Shown here in pieces: positions 1 to 14,303 of a stretch of 64,000 nucleotides of DNA. Within the stretch, counting starts at the first letter, position 1. Each line of letters starts with the position of its first letter. The notes under the pieces are model-generated. The model was not told where the DNA came from, ran no database searches, and was given only the letters and a program-made list of their open reading frames with translations. The stretch is from assembly GCF_001194135.2 (NCBI RefSeq), contig NC_068994.1, positions 42,626,242-42,690,241 of the forward strand. The letters are read 5' to 3'. A program made the position numbers and the translations under genes. Source of the DNA: Octopus bimaculoides (Eukaryota).

Positions 1-208
1 AAGGTAACAGTTATGGCAAGCAGCTTTTCTTTTTCACACTAAGTCAAATCAATGATACTAACACCTGATATATACTCTATAATAAGCTGCACACGGAACT
101 CACACAGGAAGAATTTTTACTTGCAAAGAGTAAAAATATTTTCAAGCAAAATATATTTATTACATTAACACCAAGGATACAAATATTTAGTAAATACAAT
201 TGAGTAAA

Positions 209-244
<36 letters not shown>

Positions 245-272
245 TGGTAGATGATTAGTACATATTTTAGGT

Positions 273-413
273 GAAGGCATTGTCTTTATGGTTAAGAAGT
301 TCACCTCCCAAAGCTTTTGGATCCAGTCCCCCTGTATGGCACATTAGGCAAGTGTCTTCTACTATAGCCCTGACCTAACCAAAGCCTTTGGTTAGTAGAG
401 AGCAACTGAAAGG
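273..413 (+). mobile_element. SINE-A 5' half (tRNA-like head), degraded
   Basis: Matches the other SINE-A heads: ggcaagtgtcttctactatagccc...accaaagcct...aactgaaag. Confidence 0.7.
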
Positions 414-455
414 TGTCTGTAACACATATCTATATCCATTCAACCATCTCTCTCT

Positions 456-680
456 TTCTTTTACTCTTTTATTTGTTTCAGTCATTTGACTGTGGCCATG
501 CTGGAATACCGCCTTTAGTCGAACAAATCGACCTCAGGACTTATTCTTTGTAAGCCTAGTACTTATTCTATCAGTCTCTTTAGCCAAACTGCTAAGTTAC
601 GGAGACGTAAACACACCAGCATCGGTTGTCAAGCGATGGTGGGGGGACAAACACAGACACAAACACACATACATATATAT
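456..680 (-). mobile_element. SINE-A 3' half
   Basis: gtttcagtcatttgactgtggccatgctgg...gtaaacacaccagcatcggttgtcaag recurs more than 10 times in the window. Confidence 0.85.
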
Positions 681-682
681 AT

Positions 683-830
683 GTAGCTGGGAAGCTGTAG
701 CAAACCCCAGTCTGATTTGGCATGGTTGCTATGGTTGAATGCCCTTTCTAATGCCAACCATTTTACAGTGTGCAGGGTGCTTTTACATGGCACTGCCACA
801 AGTGCTTTTCACCACCAGAGGGACCAGTCC
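683..830 (-). mobile_element. RTE LINE 3'-UTR fragment
   Basis: cagtctgatttggc...tgccctttctaatgccaacca matches the 3' UTR of the ORF-bearing RTE copy at 44846-45829. A similar relic lies at about 1545-1740. Confidence 0.7.
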
Positions 831-2313
831 TAACACTTCTACTGCAGAGTATGGGTCTTCTTATGTACAGCAATGCACCAGGCATCTTGGTCCCTCATCA
901 TCTCACCTGAATGGTTCAGCATCTTAAACTCTGATAATAATAATAACAATTTACTAAACTCAGAATCAGAATTTCAATTTTAAATTTCAACTCAATTCTG
1001 AAATGCATTTAATATTGAACTCTGCTGTTTTTGCCACTTTAGTTCTGATTAGCTGTTGTGCTATCACTTTAATGAAAACAGTTCCAGGCTTACTTTAAGC
1101 TAAAGGTCAAGAACCTTGACGACATTGAAGCCTGTATGTTGTTGATTAATGAACTATGTGCTGTGGAATTTTAAGAATATAATTTAAGGCTTTAAAAATC
1201 CATATTAATGTTTGAGTGTCTTAGAAAACGTGATATTCATAATTTTGTTATTAGTATGCGTGATTAATTAAAACAAGGTTAACAAAAGATTTTCTATATA
1301 TTTTCTTTCTAAATTTTTTACATTAAAACCGGGGTCTTTATTTTTAACTTTCTTGTTAAAGTATTACCAGTGATTTTTTTTTTTGATCTGTTGTGCACTA
1401 CATCAATTCAAAGGCTTGAGAACTGCTCCAATATGTTGTTAGTTGAGCAAATGATGAATCCTTTATGCTGTTCCTCAACCTACTAGAAACATCAAACCAA
1501 ATCTGCCTCCTGTTACATATAGAAAGGATATTTCATCACCATCATTATCATCCTTTAACATCAGATTCTGATGCTAGCACGGGTTGGACAATTTCACAGA
1601 ACCTAGTGAGTCACAAGACTGCTTTGAGCTCCAGTGACACCTTTTGACATGGTTTCTATGTCTTGATGTCCTTCCTACCACCAACCACTATACAGTGTCT
1701 ACCAGGTGCTCTTTTCCTTCCACTGGCACTTGTGTGGTCACTAAGCAAATTATAACACATAAAAAAAAAACAGGGGAAAATGTAAAAGCTCCTTCAACTA
1801 AGTCTGAGATTAGAGAAGATGGTTTACACTACGTGTTGTGAGGCTAAAGTTTAATAAGAGGAACAGACACAAGTGTCTTGCTAAGCAGGAGATACATAGC
1901 TACCCTGCAATATATAAGGGTGTGTGGGAGTGGCCACAAATAAGATTGAGCTGGTGGTGATGAGATGCCAGAGTATTTTACAATACAGAAGGGTGAGTGC
2001 AAGAGAGGATACAGAAAGTATGCAAACACACTACATTATGTTTGAAAAATAAATGCAAGATCTTCAATCTATAATTTGTTTCAGTCATCTGACTGCAGCC
2101 ATACTAGGGCACTGCCTTGAAGGGTTTTAATAGAACAAATCAACCCCAGGACTCATTTTTTGTTTTAAAGCCTAGTACTCCTATTGGTCCCTTTTGCTGA
2201 TACAGGGATGTAAACACACCAACAACATTCATCAAGCAGTAATGGGAGACAAGCACAAACACAAAGACACACACATATAGACATATACATATGCATATAT
2301 TTATATATATATA

Positions 2314-2683
2314 TAAGTCAGTAAATAGTGGGGTTGTGTTAACCGCACGTGGAGAAATAATAGGAAAATGAAAAATAATAATAAGGCAGAATGCTAAACT
2401 GGAAGCATATTTTAATAAAGATTTCTAACCGGCTTTCATTGCGAAGCAAATTTTCAAGAAGAGGGAGAATGAAAATGTTTTTTTACAGAGAAGTACAAAA
2501 TGAAGAAAATAATATATAAAAAAAAATAATATATAAAAAAATAAATATACCAATACATTATATTGTCTTTGAGCTTTTGAAGTTCAATGGTAGTTCATGT
2601 ATATAATGGTTGGAAAAATAAGGATGCATGAGAATTGAGAGTTGTGTTAGGTTTAAAAAAGGGGTTAAAAGTTTGTGTTAAGC
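2314..2683 (-). mobile_element. Penelope-like element 3' end (copy 1), runs into gap
   Basis: Close match along its length to 17780-18150, which is contiguous with a GIY-YIG coding remnant. Abuts (TA)n. Confidence 0.8.
2423..2460 (-). ncRNA. Candidate minimal type I hammerhead ribozyme, U3-A8 core variant (copy 1)
   Basis: Minus strand: uuc-UUGAAAA-u uugc uuc gcaa u-GAAA-g ccgg u-UA^-gaa. Stem I 3 bp, stem II 4 bp plus U.U, stem III 2 bp with palindromic CCGG loop. Confidence 0.5.
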
Positions 2684-3275
2684 NNNNNNNNNNNNNNNNN
2701 NNNNNNNNNNNNNNNNNNNNNNNNNNNNNNNNNNNNNNNNNNNNNNNNNNNNNNNNNNNNNNNNNNNNNNNNNNNNNNNNNNNNNNNNNNNNNNNNNNNN
2801 NNNNNNNNNNNNNNNNNNNNNNNNNNNNNNNNNNNNNNNNNNNNNNNNNNNNNNNNNNNNNNNNNNNNNNNNNNNNNNNNNNNNNNNNNNNNNNNNNNNN
2901 NNNNNNNNNNNNNNNNNNNNNNNNNNNNNNNNNNNNNNNNNNNNNNNNNNNNNNNNNNNNNNNNNNNNNNNNNNNNNNNNNNNNNNNNNNNNNNNNNNNN
3001 NNNNNNNNNNNNNNNNNNNNNNNNNNNNNNNNNNNNNNNNNNNNNNNNNNNNNNNNNNNNNNNNNNNNNNNNNNNNNNNNNNNNNNNNNNNNNNNNNNNN
3101 NNNNNNNNNNNNNNNNNNNNNNNNNNNNNNNNNNNNNNNNNNNNNNNNNNNNNNNNNNNNNNNNNNNNNNNNNNNNNNNNNNNNNNNNNNNNNNNNNNNN
3201 NNNNNNNNNNNNNNNNNNNNNNNNNNNNNNNNNNNNNNTATGCATCTATATATATATATATATATATTCTTAAAC

Positions 3276-3319
<44 letters not shown>

Positions 3320-3700
3320 GACAGAATTCTTTCAGTTTCCATCTACCAAATCCAGTCACAAGGCTTTGGTTGACCTGAGGCTATTATAGAGGACACTTGT
3401 CCAAGATGCCACACAGTCGGACTGAACCCAGCCAGAACTATGTGGTTGGGAAGCAAGCTTTTTATCACACAGCCATGCCTACATGTATAGTCATGAATGG
3501 AATATTTTTGATTGTAGATCTATTTGATCAGCATTGAGCATGGAGTACAGCATCCTTACTCTCATGCAAAATGGAGACTTTGGCAAAGATAATGGCAGAA
3601 TAGCTAAGCTACTGGGGGGTCACATAAAATCATATATTCCATAGGTGATATATGTACCCAGTGAAAATTACATCCTATGCACTGTGACCAAATATATGTC

Positions 3701-3922
3701 AGTGTGAGTATGTGTCTGTATTTGTCCATCACTACTGGACAACCAGTGTGGGTGCCTTTTTCATGCCTGAAACTTTGAAGTCTTTTGAAAGAACAAACTG
3801 AAAAAAGAGGCCTAGAATGAATATCAGTACTGGCATTAATTTAATCGACTAAGTGCCCTTTAAGGCAGTAGTACCTCAGCATGGCTGCAAACCAATGAGT
3901 GAAACAAGTGTAAGAATAAAAG
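3701..3922 (+). mobile_element. SINE-A 3' half, degraded
   Basis: tgtctgtatttgtcc...gacaaccagtgtgggtg...cagcatggctgca...gaaacaagtgtaagaataaaag. Confidence 0.65.
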
Positions 3923-4162
3923 AATGTGTGTATGTGTGTGTGTGTGTGTGTGTGTGTATGAACATATATAAAAGTGTGTGTGTGTGTGTGTGTGTGTGTG
4001 CGTATATATATACATTTATATATGTATACATATATAAATATATATACACACACATACATACAAATTCACAAACGCACACACTCACACAGAGCTAACACTT
4101 TGTCTATCTATCAATTTACCTATCTGTCTTTCAACTAACTCAAACAAAAACCACACACACAT

Positions 4163-4194
<32 letters not shown>

Positions 4195-4412
4195 NNNNNN
4201 NNNNNNNNNNNNNNNNNNNNNNNNNNNNNNNNNNNNNNNNNNNNNNNNNNNNNNNNNNNNNNNNNNNNNNNNNNNNNNNNNNNNNNNNNNNNNNNNNNNN
4301 NNNNNNNNNNNNNNNNNNNNNNNNNNNNNNNNNATATATATACACACATATATAGATTATACACATATATATTTTATATATAAATACATATACATACATA
4401 TCTATCTATCTA

Positions 4413-4457
<45 letters not shown>

Positions 4458-4959
4458 ATATATATATATATATATATGTGTATGTATATATCGAAATATC
4501 TGCGAGAACAATTTCCTCTCTAGGTACACAAATTTCATGCTGGGTTGACAACTATCTATCTTTAATGAAAGCTGGGGAATCCAATTTATCAAACAACCAC
4601 CACATAAAGCATATTAGTATGTATCAAAGTAAACTGAACAGAAGACTGGATAGCACATAGCAGGGGATGCTGTTGAGTGTTATACATTATATCTAATATC
4701 ACATTGCTGAAACACAGTGTCATTCGACATGTATAGCGTAATCCCAAACCCAGCTGGAGCGTGGAGTACTTGCAAATGATTATTCACCAATATCCAACAA
4801 GCTCACTTTTTCTCTCTCTCTCTCCTCCTCCTTCTCTTTTTCTCTCTCTCTCTCTTGATCTATCTGTATCCGTTTGTCTCAATATATATCTTTGTCTGTG
4901 TCTCTCTATGTCTTACTGTTCTTCTGCTCAAGCACAGAGTTATGGTGACGTTGGTGGGC

Positions 4960-5115
4960 TACTCAGCACTACAACCACCACAAAAACCACCACCGTCACC
5001 ACTACCACCACCACAACTACTAACACCACTCCTCTGTCATCCCTATCATCACTCCTGCTGCTGCTGCTACTACTGCCACTACTATTGCTACTGCTGCTGC
5101 TACTATTAATACTAT

Positions 5116-5149
<34 letters not shown>

Positions 5150-5205
5150 GCTGCTGCTGCTGTTGTTGTTGTTGTCGTTGTTGTTACTGCTGCTGCTGCT
5201 GTATT
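4960..5205. repeat. Compound trinucleotide microsatellite (ACC/CTA/CTG/TTG)
   Basis: Visible tandem triplets. Source of the poly-T/poly-L ORF 4761-5318. Confidence 0.9.
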
Positions 5206-5558
5206 TAGCTATGGCTTTTTATGCCTGCGTTCAAATCCTGCTGAGGTTAATTTTGCTTTCTATCTTTCCAGGGTCAATAGAAAAATATATACTCAGTCAA
5301 GTAATAAGCTCAGTTTAATTGACAATATTCCTTTCACAAACTCAAGGTTTTCTGCCAATGTTAGAAATCAAGGAGTGCTCAGTACTAAAACCCCATATAT
5401 GTTTTAAATTTTAGTTCACTACCTCAAGTACGTTTGCTAATAAAGAACCAGAGCTCTTCAAGAGCTATTCAAAGAATCAGAATTGTTTTAAGAACAACCT
5501 GCATGAAACGACTTTTGATGTTATGATACAAACTTTCTATTTTAACCCTTTGATTACA

Positions 5559-5916
5559 GATAAGTTCATCACTATCAATTCACTGCAGGGTAAGTTCACT
5601 ATAAGGTAAGTTCACCGTCATCAATTCACTGTGAAGAAAGTTCACCAATGAGGAAGGTTTCCTGTGAAGAAAGTTTACCAAGAAAATATATCCATAGTAT
5701 CACACCGTTAATAGTTAAAAATTATTTTATTGAAAAAAGGCGAACATTCCTTACTGTGAACTTACCCTATGGTGAACTGATGCTGGTGAACTTGCCCTGC
5801 AATGAATTGATGACAGTGAAGTTCCCTTGCAGTGAATTGATGATGGTGAACTTTCCCTGTGGTGAATAGATGATAGTGAACTTACCCTACAGTGAATTGA
5901 TGACGGTGAACTTACC
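5559..5916. mobile_element. Foldback-like element with inverted arms built from a 30-bp subrepeat
   Basis: Right arm has five 30-bp units starting 5755, 5785, 5815, 5845 and 5875 (consensus ggtgaacttaccctgcagtgaattgatgac). Left arm 5559-5680 holds reverse-complement units (tcaattcactgcagggtaagttcac). Confidence 0.65.
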
Positions 5917-5923
5917 AGACATG

Positions 5924-6155
5924 TAACCCTTTAGCTTTCAGATTACTCTGTCAAATGTAATGCTTATTTATTCTTATTTATTGCTTTGAATTAATCTTGA
6001 GTGATCTTGGAGCTTTGAGATTTCAGTGATGTGATTGCTTATTTTAAAAGTGCCATAGTAGTATAGGAGTGAGAGGCCAGGTCTGGCCACTTTTGAACAT
6101 AGAACATGTAGAATATTCAGGCTGGATATGGCTTGATTAAAGGCTGAAGGGTTAA
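5924..6155. mobile_element. piggyBac-like (TTAA) MITE
   Basis: Termini taaccctttagc...gctgaagggttaa. Second copy in the opposite orientation at 15921-16148. Confidence 0.7.
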
Positions 6156-7244
6156 AGGGATCTAGATTTTAAATCATCCATCAAAATTTCTTTGTGAAAT
6201 GAAGTTTCAAGCACCAACATAATATGGCAGTTATTTTATTAAATTCATTATTTTTTAAAGTAGCTGAATAATAGACAGTGTGTGGCAATGAAAGGGTTAA
6301 GAGAGCCAGATTCAGGAAGATTTGCAATAGCATTTAAAACTCCACTGCTGTAATATATATATACAACATCTAATATTTAGCTAACCAAAACCCTTACCAT
6401 TATTCCATTGTATGGCTTCTCACTATGGAATATATACCATGTAACATACAATTGCAACTGCTACAACAGCAATATTGACAGCAGCAACAATAATAGAGAT
6501 ATGAAGTTGTTTAGAAGAATGCATCTATATGGTAGCTCAAAGGCATTACTAGAAATAGTTACTAAATCTCTTTCCTTCAAATCATACTCTACTGCCTTAA
6601 ATAAAAGACATACTAGTCCTTGATATGAAATAAAAAGTTGGGATAGTCAAAGCTGGAAGATATTTGACTATAGGTTTTTTTATGATCAGGTGTGATTTGA
6701 ATTTTAAAGACATTCGGTCTTAAGACAGTCATGTTAAATCAGTAAAAGGAAGTCTGACCATTTAGATTTTACACTGGAGTGGTCTTCTAAATGAATTGAG
6801 GTACAGGGCTGGAGAGCTCCTCCAACTCTTGTGTTGCTGGAAGAGTGTCTAGGTTGGTACCAGACCAATTGAAGGATTCCAATTGATAGGGTAGAATTAT
6901 GATCAACAACATTCCATCCAGCAAGTACCATCCTCTTGCCTTTCTTTAGTGATTATCCAACAGTACATTTACTAAGTGTCATTCTAGTTTTGACTTTTTA
7001 AGATAATAGGGTGTGATTTATGAAGGATTTGGTTGTTATTTCGATTAGGTTATTGAATGACTGCATAAATGCTCCTTGGTCAGTTCATTGTCACTGTTGC
7101 TCAGTTTTTACTTTTGTTGTTTGTTTGTTTCTTTCTTTCTTAGTCATGTCTTCCTGTTACTGTATTAACATGACTGTCTTAAGACTGAATACGTTTAAAC
7201 TTCAAATCAGACCTGATCATAAAAAAACCTATAATCAAATATGT

Positions 7245-7447
7245 TCCAGCCTTGACTATCCCAACTGACAAATCGACATTGCCTGTGTAGGTGAACAAGT
7301 GTGCCACATGTCAGATGTCGAAATGATTGTAGAGCAACATGTAATAATGTGTTTTGCTCAAGAACACAACGTGCAGCTTGGTCCAGGAATCGCACCTATG
7401 AACTAATGATCATGAGTGCAACGCCCAAAACACTTGGCTACGGTGCT
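7245..7447 (-). mobile_element. SINE-C (tRNA-headed), degraded
   Basis: gagcaacatg...tgttttgctcaagaacacaacg shared with 30937-31200 and 48690-49022. Confidence 0.65.
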
Positions 7448-7591
7448 GATTATGAAGATGATGATGATGATCGTGATGACGATGAAAATGAAAATGATAA
7501 ATATTATTAGTATTGCAATTGTCATCATTACTGTTATTATCAATATTCCAAGTAGAGTTAAGACAGCAAACATGTGGAGGTGGTTTTGATG

Positions 7592-7634
<43 letters not shown>

Positions 7635-8820
7635 CAGCAGCAGCAGTAGTAGTAGTAATAGTATCTGTCGCAACAATAGGAAAATAATGGCAATGAAGAG
7701 TAAAAGAAATAATAGAAAAAATGTGAATGTTTGCATTTGGTGGGTTTGAAATTAATCTTGGTTCCTACAAGAAAGTTTGGTTAATTTCTTTTCAGGAATG
7801 ATAATCTGAAAAAGTGCGTTAGTGAGACACACAGACATTGATCTAAAATAACATTTCCAAAAGATACAGAGCAGCTAAATAGGCAGATTGTCAAACCTGT
7901 TTTAACACCATGGCAGCTTGGGAGAGATTGCATTGTTCCGAAGACACATGAGCAATGCTTGCTAATCTCCAAGAGAATGTGTACATACATATATACATAG
8001 GTACACACATATATATATGCATTACACACACATGTACACACATATGTATGTATGTAGGTATATAGGTATGTATGTGAGAGAAAGAGAGAGAATGGCACAC
8101 AATTACAGATATATATATATATATATATATACATACATATATTTGCAATGATATATATATGTACATATACATGTACATATATGTTTATATATATACAAAT
8201 ATATATAAATAAATAAACATATATATATGTATGTATGTAAATATAAATATATAGGTATGTACGTAAATCTAAATACATATGTATATATATATATGTATAT
8301 ATATAGATGCATACACAAAAATATAAGACCTTTATCTCAGCTGTTCATGTTACAACACTAACAACTCTGTTATTTTGCTGAACCGGCTTATAGATTTTTT
8401 TACAATGATAAAAAGAAAATGAAATCCTAACAGATACAATAATACGAAATAATAATAAGAATAACACTAATAACAACAACAACAACAACAATGTAAACAC
8501 CAACACTGAAATGAAGAAATAAAGAAACGAAACAAAATAAGCAATATACAAGAACTACAAAAAAATAACAAAACACTATCAGTGAAAAAGAAAAATAGTA
8601 TAATTTAATACTAAGGCAGCCTGAAAGAAGTGACAATTCTTTGCCGCTTACCTACCACCATCTGCATTGTGTTCACACCTGAGCTCAATAAAGATTTTTA
8701 CCTTTTTCTTACACTTCTCTAATATCAATTCTCTACTTGGCTGTGGAATTCAAGGATATGACTTCCTGTTTCCCCTATATCACAGGTATGATTCAAAGTA
8801 TAGTTTAAAACCAATACGTA

Positions 8821-8853
<33 letters not shown>

Positions 8854-9474
8854 GCACACACACTCATGTATATATACACCCATATACATACGTGTGTGTA
8901 TATATATATATATATACCAAGTAAAACATGATCACAGAAATACTGATATGTGTGACTGTGTGTGCATATGTGTCACATGTAAATATACATACATACACCC
9001 ACACATACACGTGCATATATATTTATAAAAGTATGTATGTATGTATGTATGTATATATGTATGTATGCATGTATATGTAGATGATAGAGACACACAGAGG
9101 TCATGGCTACCATACTTAAAGCTTAATGTAGTACATTTCCTTACACCTTTATGTGTGTATGTGTGTTCACGTGTGTATGTATTTGTGTTTGGATATGTGT
9201 GTGTGAGTACAGGTGCGTGTGTGTACAGGTGTGTGTGTATATATTTATATATACTCGTATGTGTGTTTTCATGCAGTGATATACGCAGCATGTGTAAAGG
9301 AAGGCAAGAATTGGTTCAGACAAGCTGGAGTGTTATTTTATACATTTATATGTAAGTAGATGACACCTATATATTTGTGCACATGCACACACAGACACAC
9401 AGACATATGCACAGAGCTACATACACATACACACATGTATACACTCGCACACATGTGCAGATGCATATACACAT

Positions 9475-9522
<48 letters not shown>

Positions 9523-9830
9523 NNNNNNNNNNNNNNNNNNNNNNNNNNNNNNNNNNNNNNNNNNNNNNNNNNNNNNNNNNNNNNNNNNNNNNNNNNNNNN
9601 NNNNNNNNNNNNNNNNNNNNNNNNNNNNNNNNNNNNNNNNNNNNNNNNNNNNNNNNNNNNNNNNNNNNNNNNNNNNNNNNNNNNNNNNNNNNNNNNNNNN
9701 NNNNNNNNNNNNNNNNNNNNNNNNNNNNNNNNNNNNNNNNNNNNNNNNNNNNNNNNNNNNNNNNNNNNNNNNNNNNNNNNNNNNNNNNNNNNNNNNNNNN
9801 NNNNNNNNNNNNNNNNNNNNNNNNNNNNNN

Positions 9831-9901
<71 letters not shown>

Positions 9902-10339
9902 CACACACACATACCACAGACATTCGCATACGCATATGCACACATTAAGAAGCATGTTTGTGTTTGTGTGTGAATTACACGTTCATTCATTGAAGAATGA
10001 CAGCTGGTTGAAGAAGTGTCAAGTAATCTAAGTTAAAGAATGCAACAGAAGAAGAATAAGAATAAGAATACGCGATGAAGGATGATCTGAGGATGCTGAA
10101 CTTCATGAAGAGGATGACAAGGGACTATAAACAAGTACTGAAACGCTGTGATGGAGGAGACTCAACCAATGCATGTTTACATGGAAAAATCAGATATAAG
10201 GTTGATGATGACAATGATGATGAAGAAAACAATACAAATACATACATACATATATACATATAGATACAATCATATACACGTAAAAACTTACATGTGTTTT
10301 AAGGTTTTGTGTCGACAGGCTCTCAGTATTTTCTCCATT

Positions 10340-10670
10340 ATTATTGTCATCGTCATCGTCATCATCACTTTCATCTAGATATCATCTTCTCACTACTCTT
10401 CCCCTTTCCCCTCATAATCTTTCTCCTCTTCTTCTTCATCATCATCATTATCATCATCGTCGTCACACTTATCCTCCTCCTCGTTCCCTTTCTCGTCATC
10501 ATCATCCTCATCATTCTCATCGTCATCATCATTGTCATTGTCATCCTCACCACCACCATCACCACTAACTCCACCCACTCCTCTAACTCCTCTTCCTCCT
10601 TTTCTTCTTTATCTCTTTCCTCCTCTTCCTCCTCCCCATCACCATCATCATAAACATCATCATCATCCTT
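10340..10670. repeat. Degenerate (TCA/TCC/CAT)n microsatellite
   Basis: Visible triplet repeats. Poly-I/S/H/D/E ORFs in several frames are artefacts. Confidence 0.85.
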
Positions 10671-13146
10671 TTCAGGTCTTCCTGTTTCATCATTCATACA
10701 TCTCATTGCTAACACTGGGAAACCCTCTTTTGACCTGCTGGGCAAAGCAGCAAAATCTCTCCCAAACCATACCCTATCATTATCTTAAATATGGAAAAGT
10801 CTCTTTAGACAATGTAGTTCAATACAACCCTAAACATTTGAGAGAAAGTCATGGCTGGAATATAAATGTGTTCACTGTTGACTTGGGACCAAACAACAAC
10901 AACAATTGCTCCATTTTCATCTATTATCTTTTACCTGTTACTGTGACTGGACTGTGGCCATGCTGGGGCACTGCCATAAAGGGTTTTAGTTGAGCAAATC
11001 AAACAGAGTACTTATTTTTTGGTGGTGAAATGTTATTGATTATATGTTTTTGCTCAAGCAGCAAGCATAAGATGGCTGAGCAGACCTGAGGTCTAACAAA
11101 ATAAATAAATAAAATATAGTAAAAATGAAAATTAAAAAAAAAAACATGATTTTACACTTTTACTTCGTGATCAGGTGTGTGTTGAAACTGCAGAAAGTGG
11201 GTTATAGAGATCTATCTATGTAAAGAAATAGTCCAACAATAAGCAAATATTCAAATTATCAATTCCCTTCCCACCCATTTCTGCTCGGTTAAAAATAAAG
11301 AAAAATGGATGTGAAACAGAAAAAAAAAAACATAGATAAATGAAAATGAAAATTAAAAAAAAAAAACATACGCTTCCAAAACCAACAAGATAAGGTAAAT
11401 GAATGGAAATAAAAATTGTTTGCGAAAGCTGTGGAATGTTGAACAGAAGATTTTTTTTCCATAACATTTACAAACATTATAATGAGTATTTACATTGTAT
11501 CAAAATGCAATTACATTTCCTCAAATACAATTCATCTCACATCATTTAATTCTTGTCTCATCTTACATTGAATAAACACCATAGAATTTGTATATAAATC
11601 ACTTTAACTTAAAACTATATTAAGTAAAACCACAGCAGTTGTTTTGCATAAATAATTTATTTTAATTTAACTATTGCAGCTGTTCTAGCTTAACTATGAT
11701 GACCATGTTACAAAATAACTGATCTTATTTTTTCTGCTTTTGCTTTTAATCAAATATTTAATTATATTAGATGAAACCAAGATTTGATCACAAAATGTAC
11801 TGAACAAGAATAAATAATGTGAGGTATTTTGTCCAACACACAAATAACTCTACCAGTATTTCACCCCTATTTAGATGAGGACAAATTATGATAAAGTATT
11901 TTGTTGAAATTCAGGAGCCATTATGCCAATAAAAACACATGTACTGGTTCTATTTCACTTCTTTATTTTTATTTGCTGGTTGGTTAACCATTTAACCAAT
12001 TAACTAATTGATTGTATGATTAATTGTTTAGTCAATCAGTCATCCAGCTACGTTCGTCAAAATCCTTTCATCCCCATTTATGGCCTCATCAATTATATGC
12101 CCTCTCTATTCCAGACCTGCTCCATCATGACTATTTCATAATGATCATTCATAATGACCATTTCAAGATAAAACAAAATATATTTCAGCACACAAGTTCT
12201 CAACAATATCTGGCAAATCAGATACAAAAATGAAACAATAAAATATGTTTATCGATATTTTTCTATTATTTATGCAGCAAAGTTACAACAACGCCTTGTC
12301 AATACACTATAATTTATCTCAGTTTTCAAGATGCTTTTAAGTTAGCAAGAGATATTTCTCTTTAAGCTTAGACACCCCACCAACATTTTGGTCTATGACA
12401 GTTATTATATGAGCTAGATAGACTGAGCCAACAAAACAATTGTCATAGAGCTCTCTATTGTCTGTCTGAACTGTCCTTATCTTCTAATAACAACTACTCA
12501 AAAACTAGGGAGACCAGGCTGGTGAGAATTGCCTTGTTAGTGATTGACATAGCACATCACTTCACTACAATATATGATATAAACCATCACACCTTTGACC
12601 AGTCAGCTGACATTCTATCAACCTGACCAGCTGCATCTTGTCGAAATATCAGTCAAAGCTGCACTACGAAGTTCAATATCTATATGCATCCTGATAAATA
12701 TTTTACCATCTGCTGAATCCAGTTGATAAGGAATATGGCCTTTAAAGATTCACAACAGAATATTCTCTCCCTCACATTCAACCAAAATAGCAGATATATT
12801 TCATTTCAAATATTCAAACAGAGGAAGCTGTGGATATTGGAGGACTCACAAATATGCCATTCTCAGACTTAGACACACACACGTGCATCGACAAACGTAT
12901 ACATAAATACACACTTGCATGCTTTGATATGAGTATACACACATATGTGTATACTGATAATCTTTCTTTTTATCCTTATTCTTTATTTAAATAAAATCAG
13001 GTGAAACCTCCAAGAGATGAATGATAAAATGGTTGCCACCTTGCTTACACTTTCTGTTTTTACCCCTCTCTTTCTCTCTCTCTATATATATATGTCTCTC
13101 TTCCCTATATTCATTTTGTTGATATACATGTATGCATACCTAAATG

Positions 13147-13185
<39 letters not shown>

Positions 13186-14258
13186 TGTATGTATGGGTAT
13201 GTATACACATGTATATATGTGTGTGTGTGTGTTTATTTGTATGTGTGCATGTATGTATGTATGTATGTATGTATGTATACTGAGAGAAAGTGAAAGATTA
13301 AGTGTCATATACATGCAGAAATATATTATTCTTACCTTACCTCACCCTTTACAACCGCTGCTGTGCTTTCTTCCATCCTTATTATTTTTTTTATCCTCTT
13401 TATCAATCATATATCCCCTTTTGCCTGCCCCCCCCACACCCGCCTTCACATTTAACTCCACCNNNNNNNNNNNNNNNNNNNNNNNNNNNNNNNNNNNNNN
13501 NNNNNNNNNNNNNNNNNNNNNNNNNNNNNNNNNNNNNNNNNNNNNNNNNNNNNNNNNNNNNNNNNNNNNNNNNNNNNNNNNNNNNNNNNNNNNNNNNNNN
13601 NNNNNNNNNNNNNNNNNNNNNNNNNNNNNNNNNNNNNNNNNNNNNNNNNNNNNNNNNNNNNNNNNNNNNNNNNNNNNNNNNNNNNNNNNNNNNNNNNNNN
13701 NNNNNNNNNNNNNNNNNNNNNNNNNNNNNNNNNNNNNNNNNNNNNNNNNNNNNNNNNNNNNNNNNNNNNNNNNNNNNNNNNNNNNNNNNNNNNNNNNNNN
13801 NNNNNNNNNNNNNNNNNNNNNNNNNNNNNNNNNNNNNNNNNNNNNNNNNNNNNNNNNNNNNNNNNNNNNNNNNNNNNNNNNNNNNNNNNNNNNNNNNNNN
13901 NNNNNNNNNNNNNNNNNNNNNNNNNNNNNNNNNNNNNNNNNNNNNNNNNNNNNNNNNNNNNNNNNNNNNNNNNNNNNNNNNNNNNNNNNNNNNNNNNNNN
14001 NNNNNNNNNNNNNNNNNNNNNNNNNNNNNNNNNNNNNNNNNNNNNNNNNNNNNNNNNNNNNNNNNNNNNNNNNNNNNNNNNNNNNNNNNNNNNNNNNNNN
14101 NNNNNNNNNNNNNNNNNNNNNNNNNNNNNNNNNNNNNNNNNNNNNNNNNNNNNNNNNNNNNNNNNNNNNNNNNNNNNNNNNNNNNNNNNNNNNNNNNNNN
14201 NNNNNNNNNNNNNNNNNNNNNNNNNNNNNNNNNNNNNNNNNNNNNNNNNNNNNNNNNN

Positions 14259-14303
<45 letters not shown>

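Larger units (their letters stand above)
2073..3485 (-). mobile_element. SINE-A interrupted in its internal TA tract by a PLE end and an assembly gap
   Basis: 3' half at 2073-2275 and 5' half with tRNA-like head at 3317-3485 are in the same orientation and bracket the PLE fragment and N-run. Confidence 0.75.

Noticed and set aside
4761-5318. Signal-peptide or TM-like poly-Leu and poly-Thr ORF (also 7410-7736, 10309-10745, 63412-63765)
   Set aside because: Translations of trinucleotide microsatellites.
5755-5916. 30-bp periodic array resembling a CRISPR
   Set aside because: Units are contiguous with no unique spacers, there are no cas genes, and the context is eukaryotic.
6734-7000. KERQEDGTCWM..VDHN, faintly like the Gypsy RT motif KKDG..R.C.DYR
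   Set aside because: It needs frameshifts, and no other RT motifs (YxDD) lie nearby.
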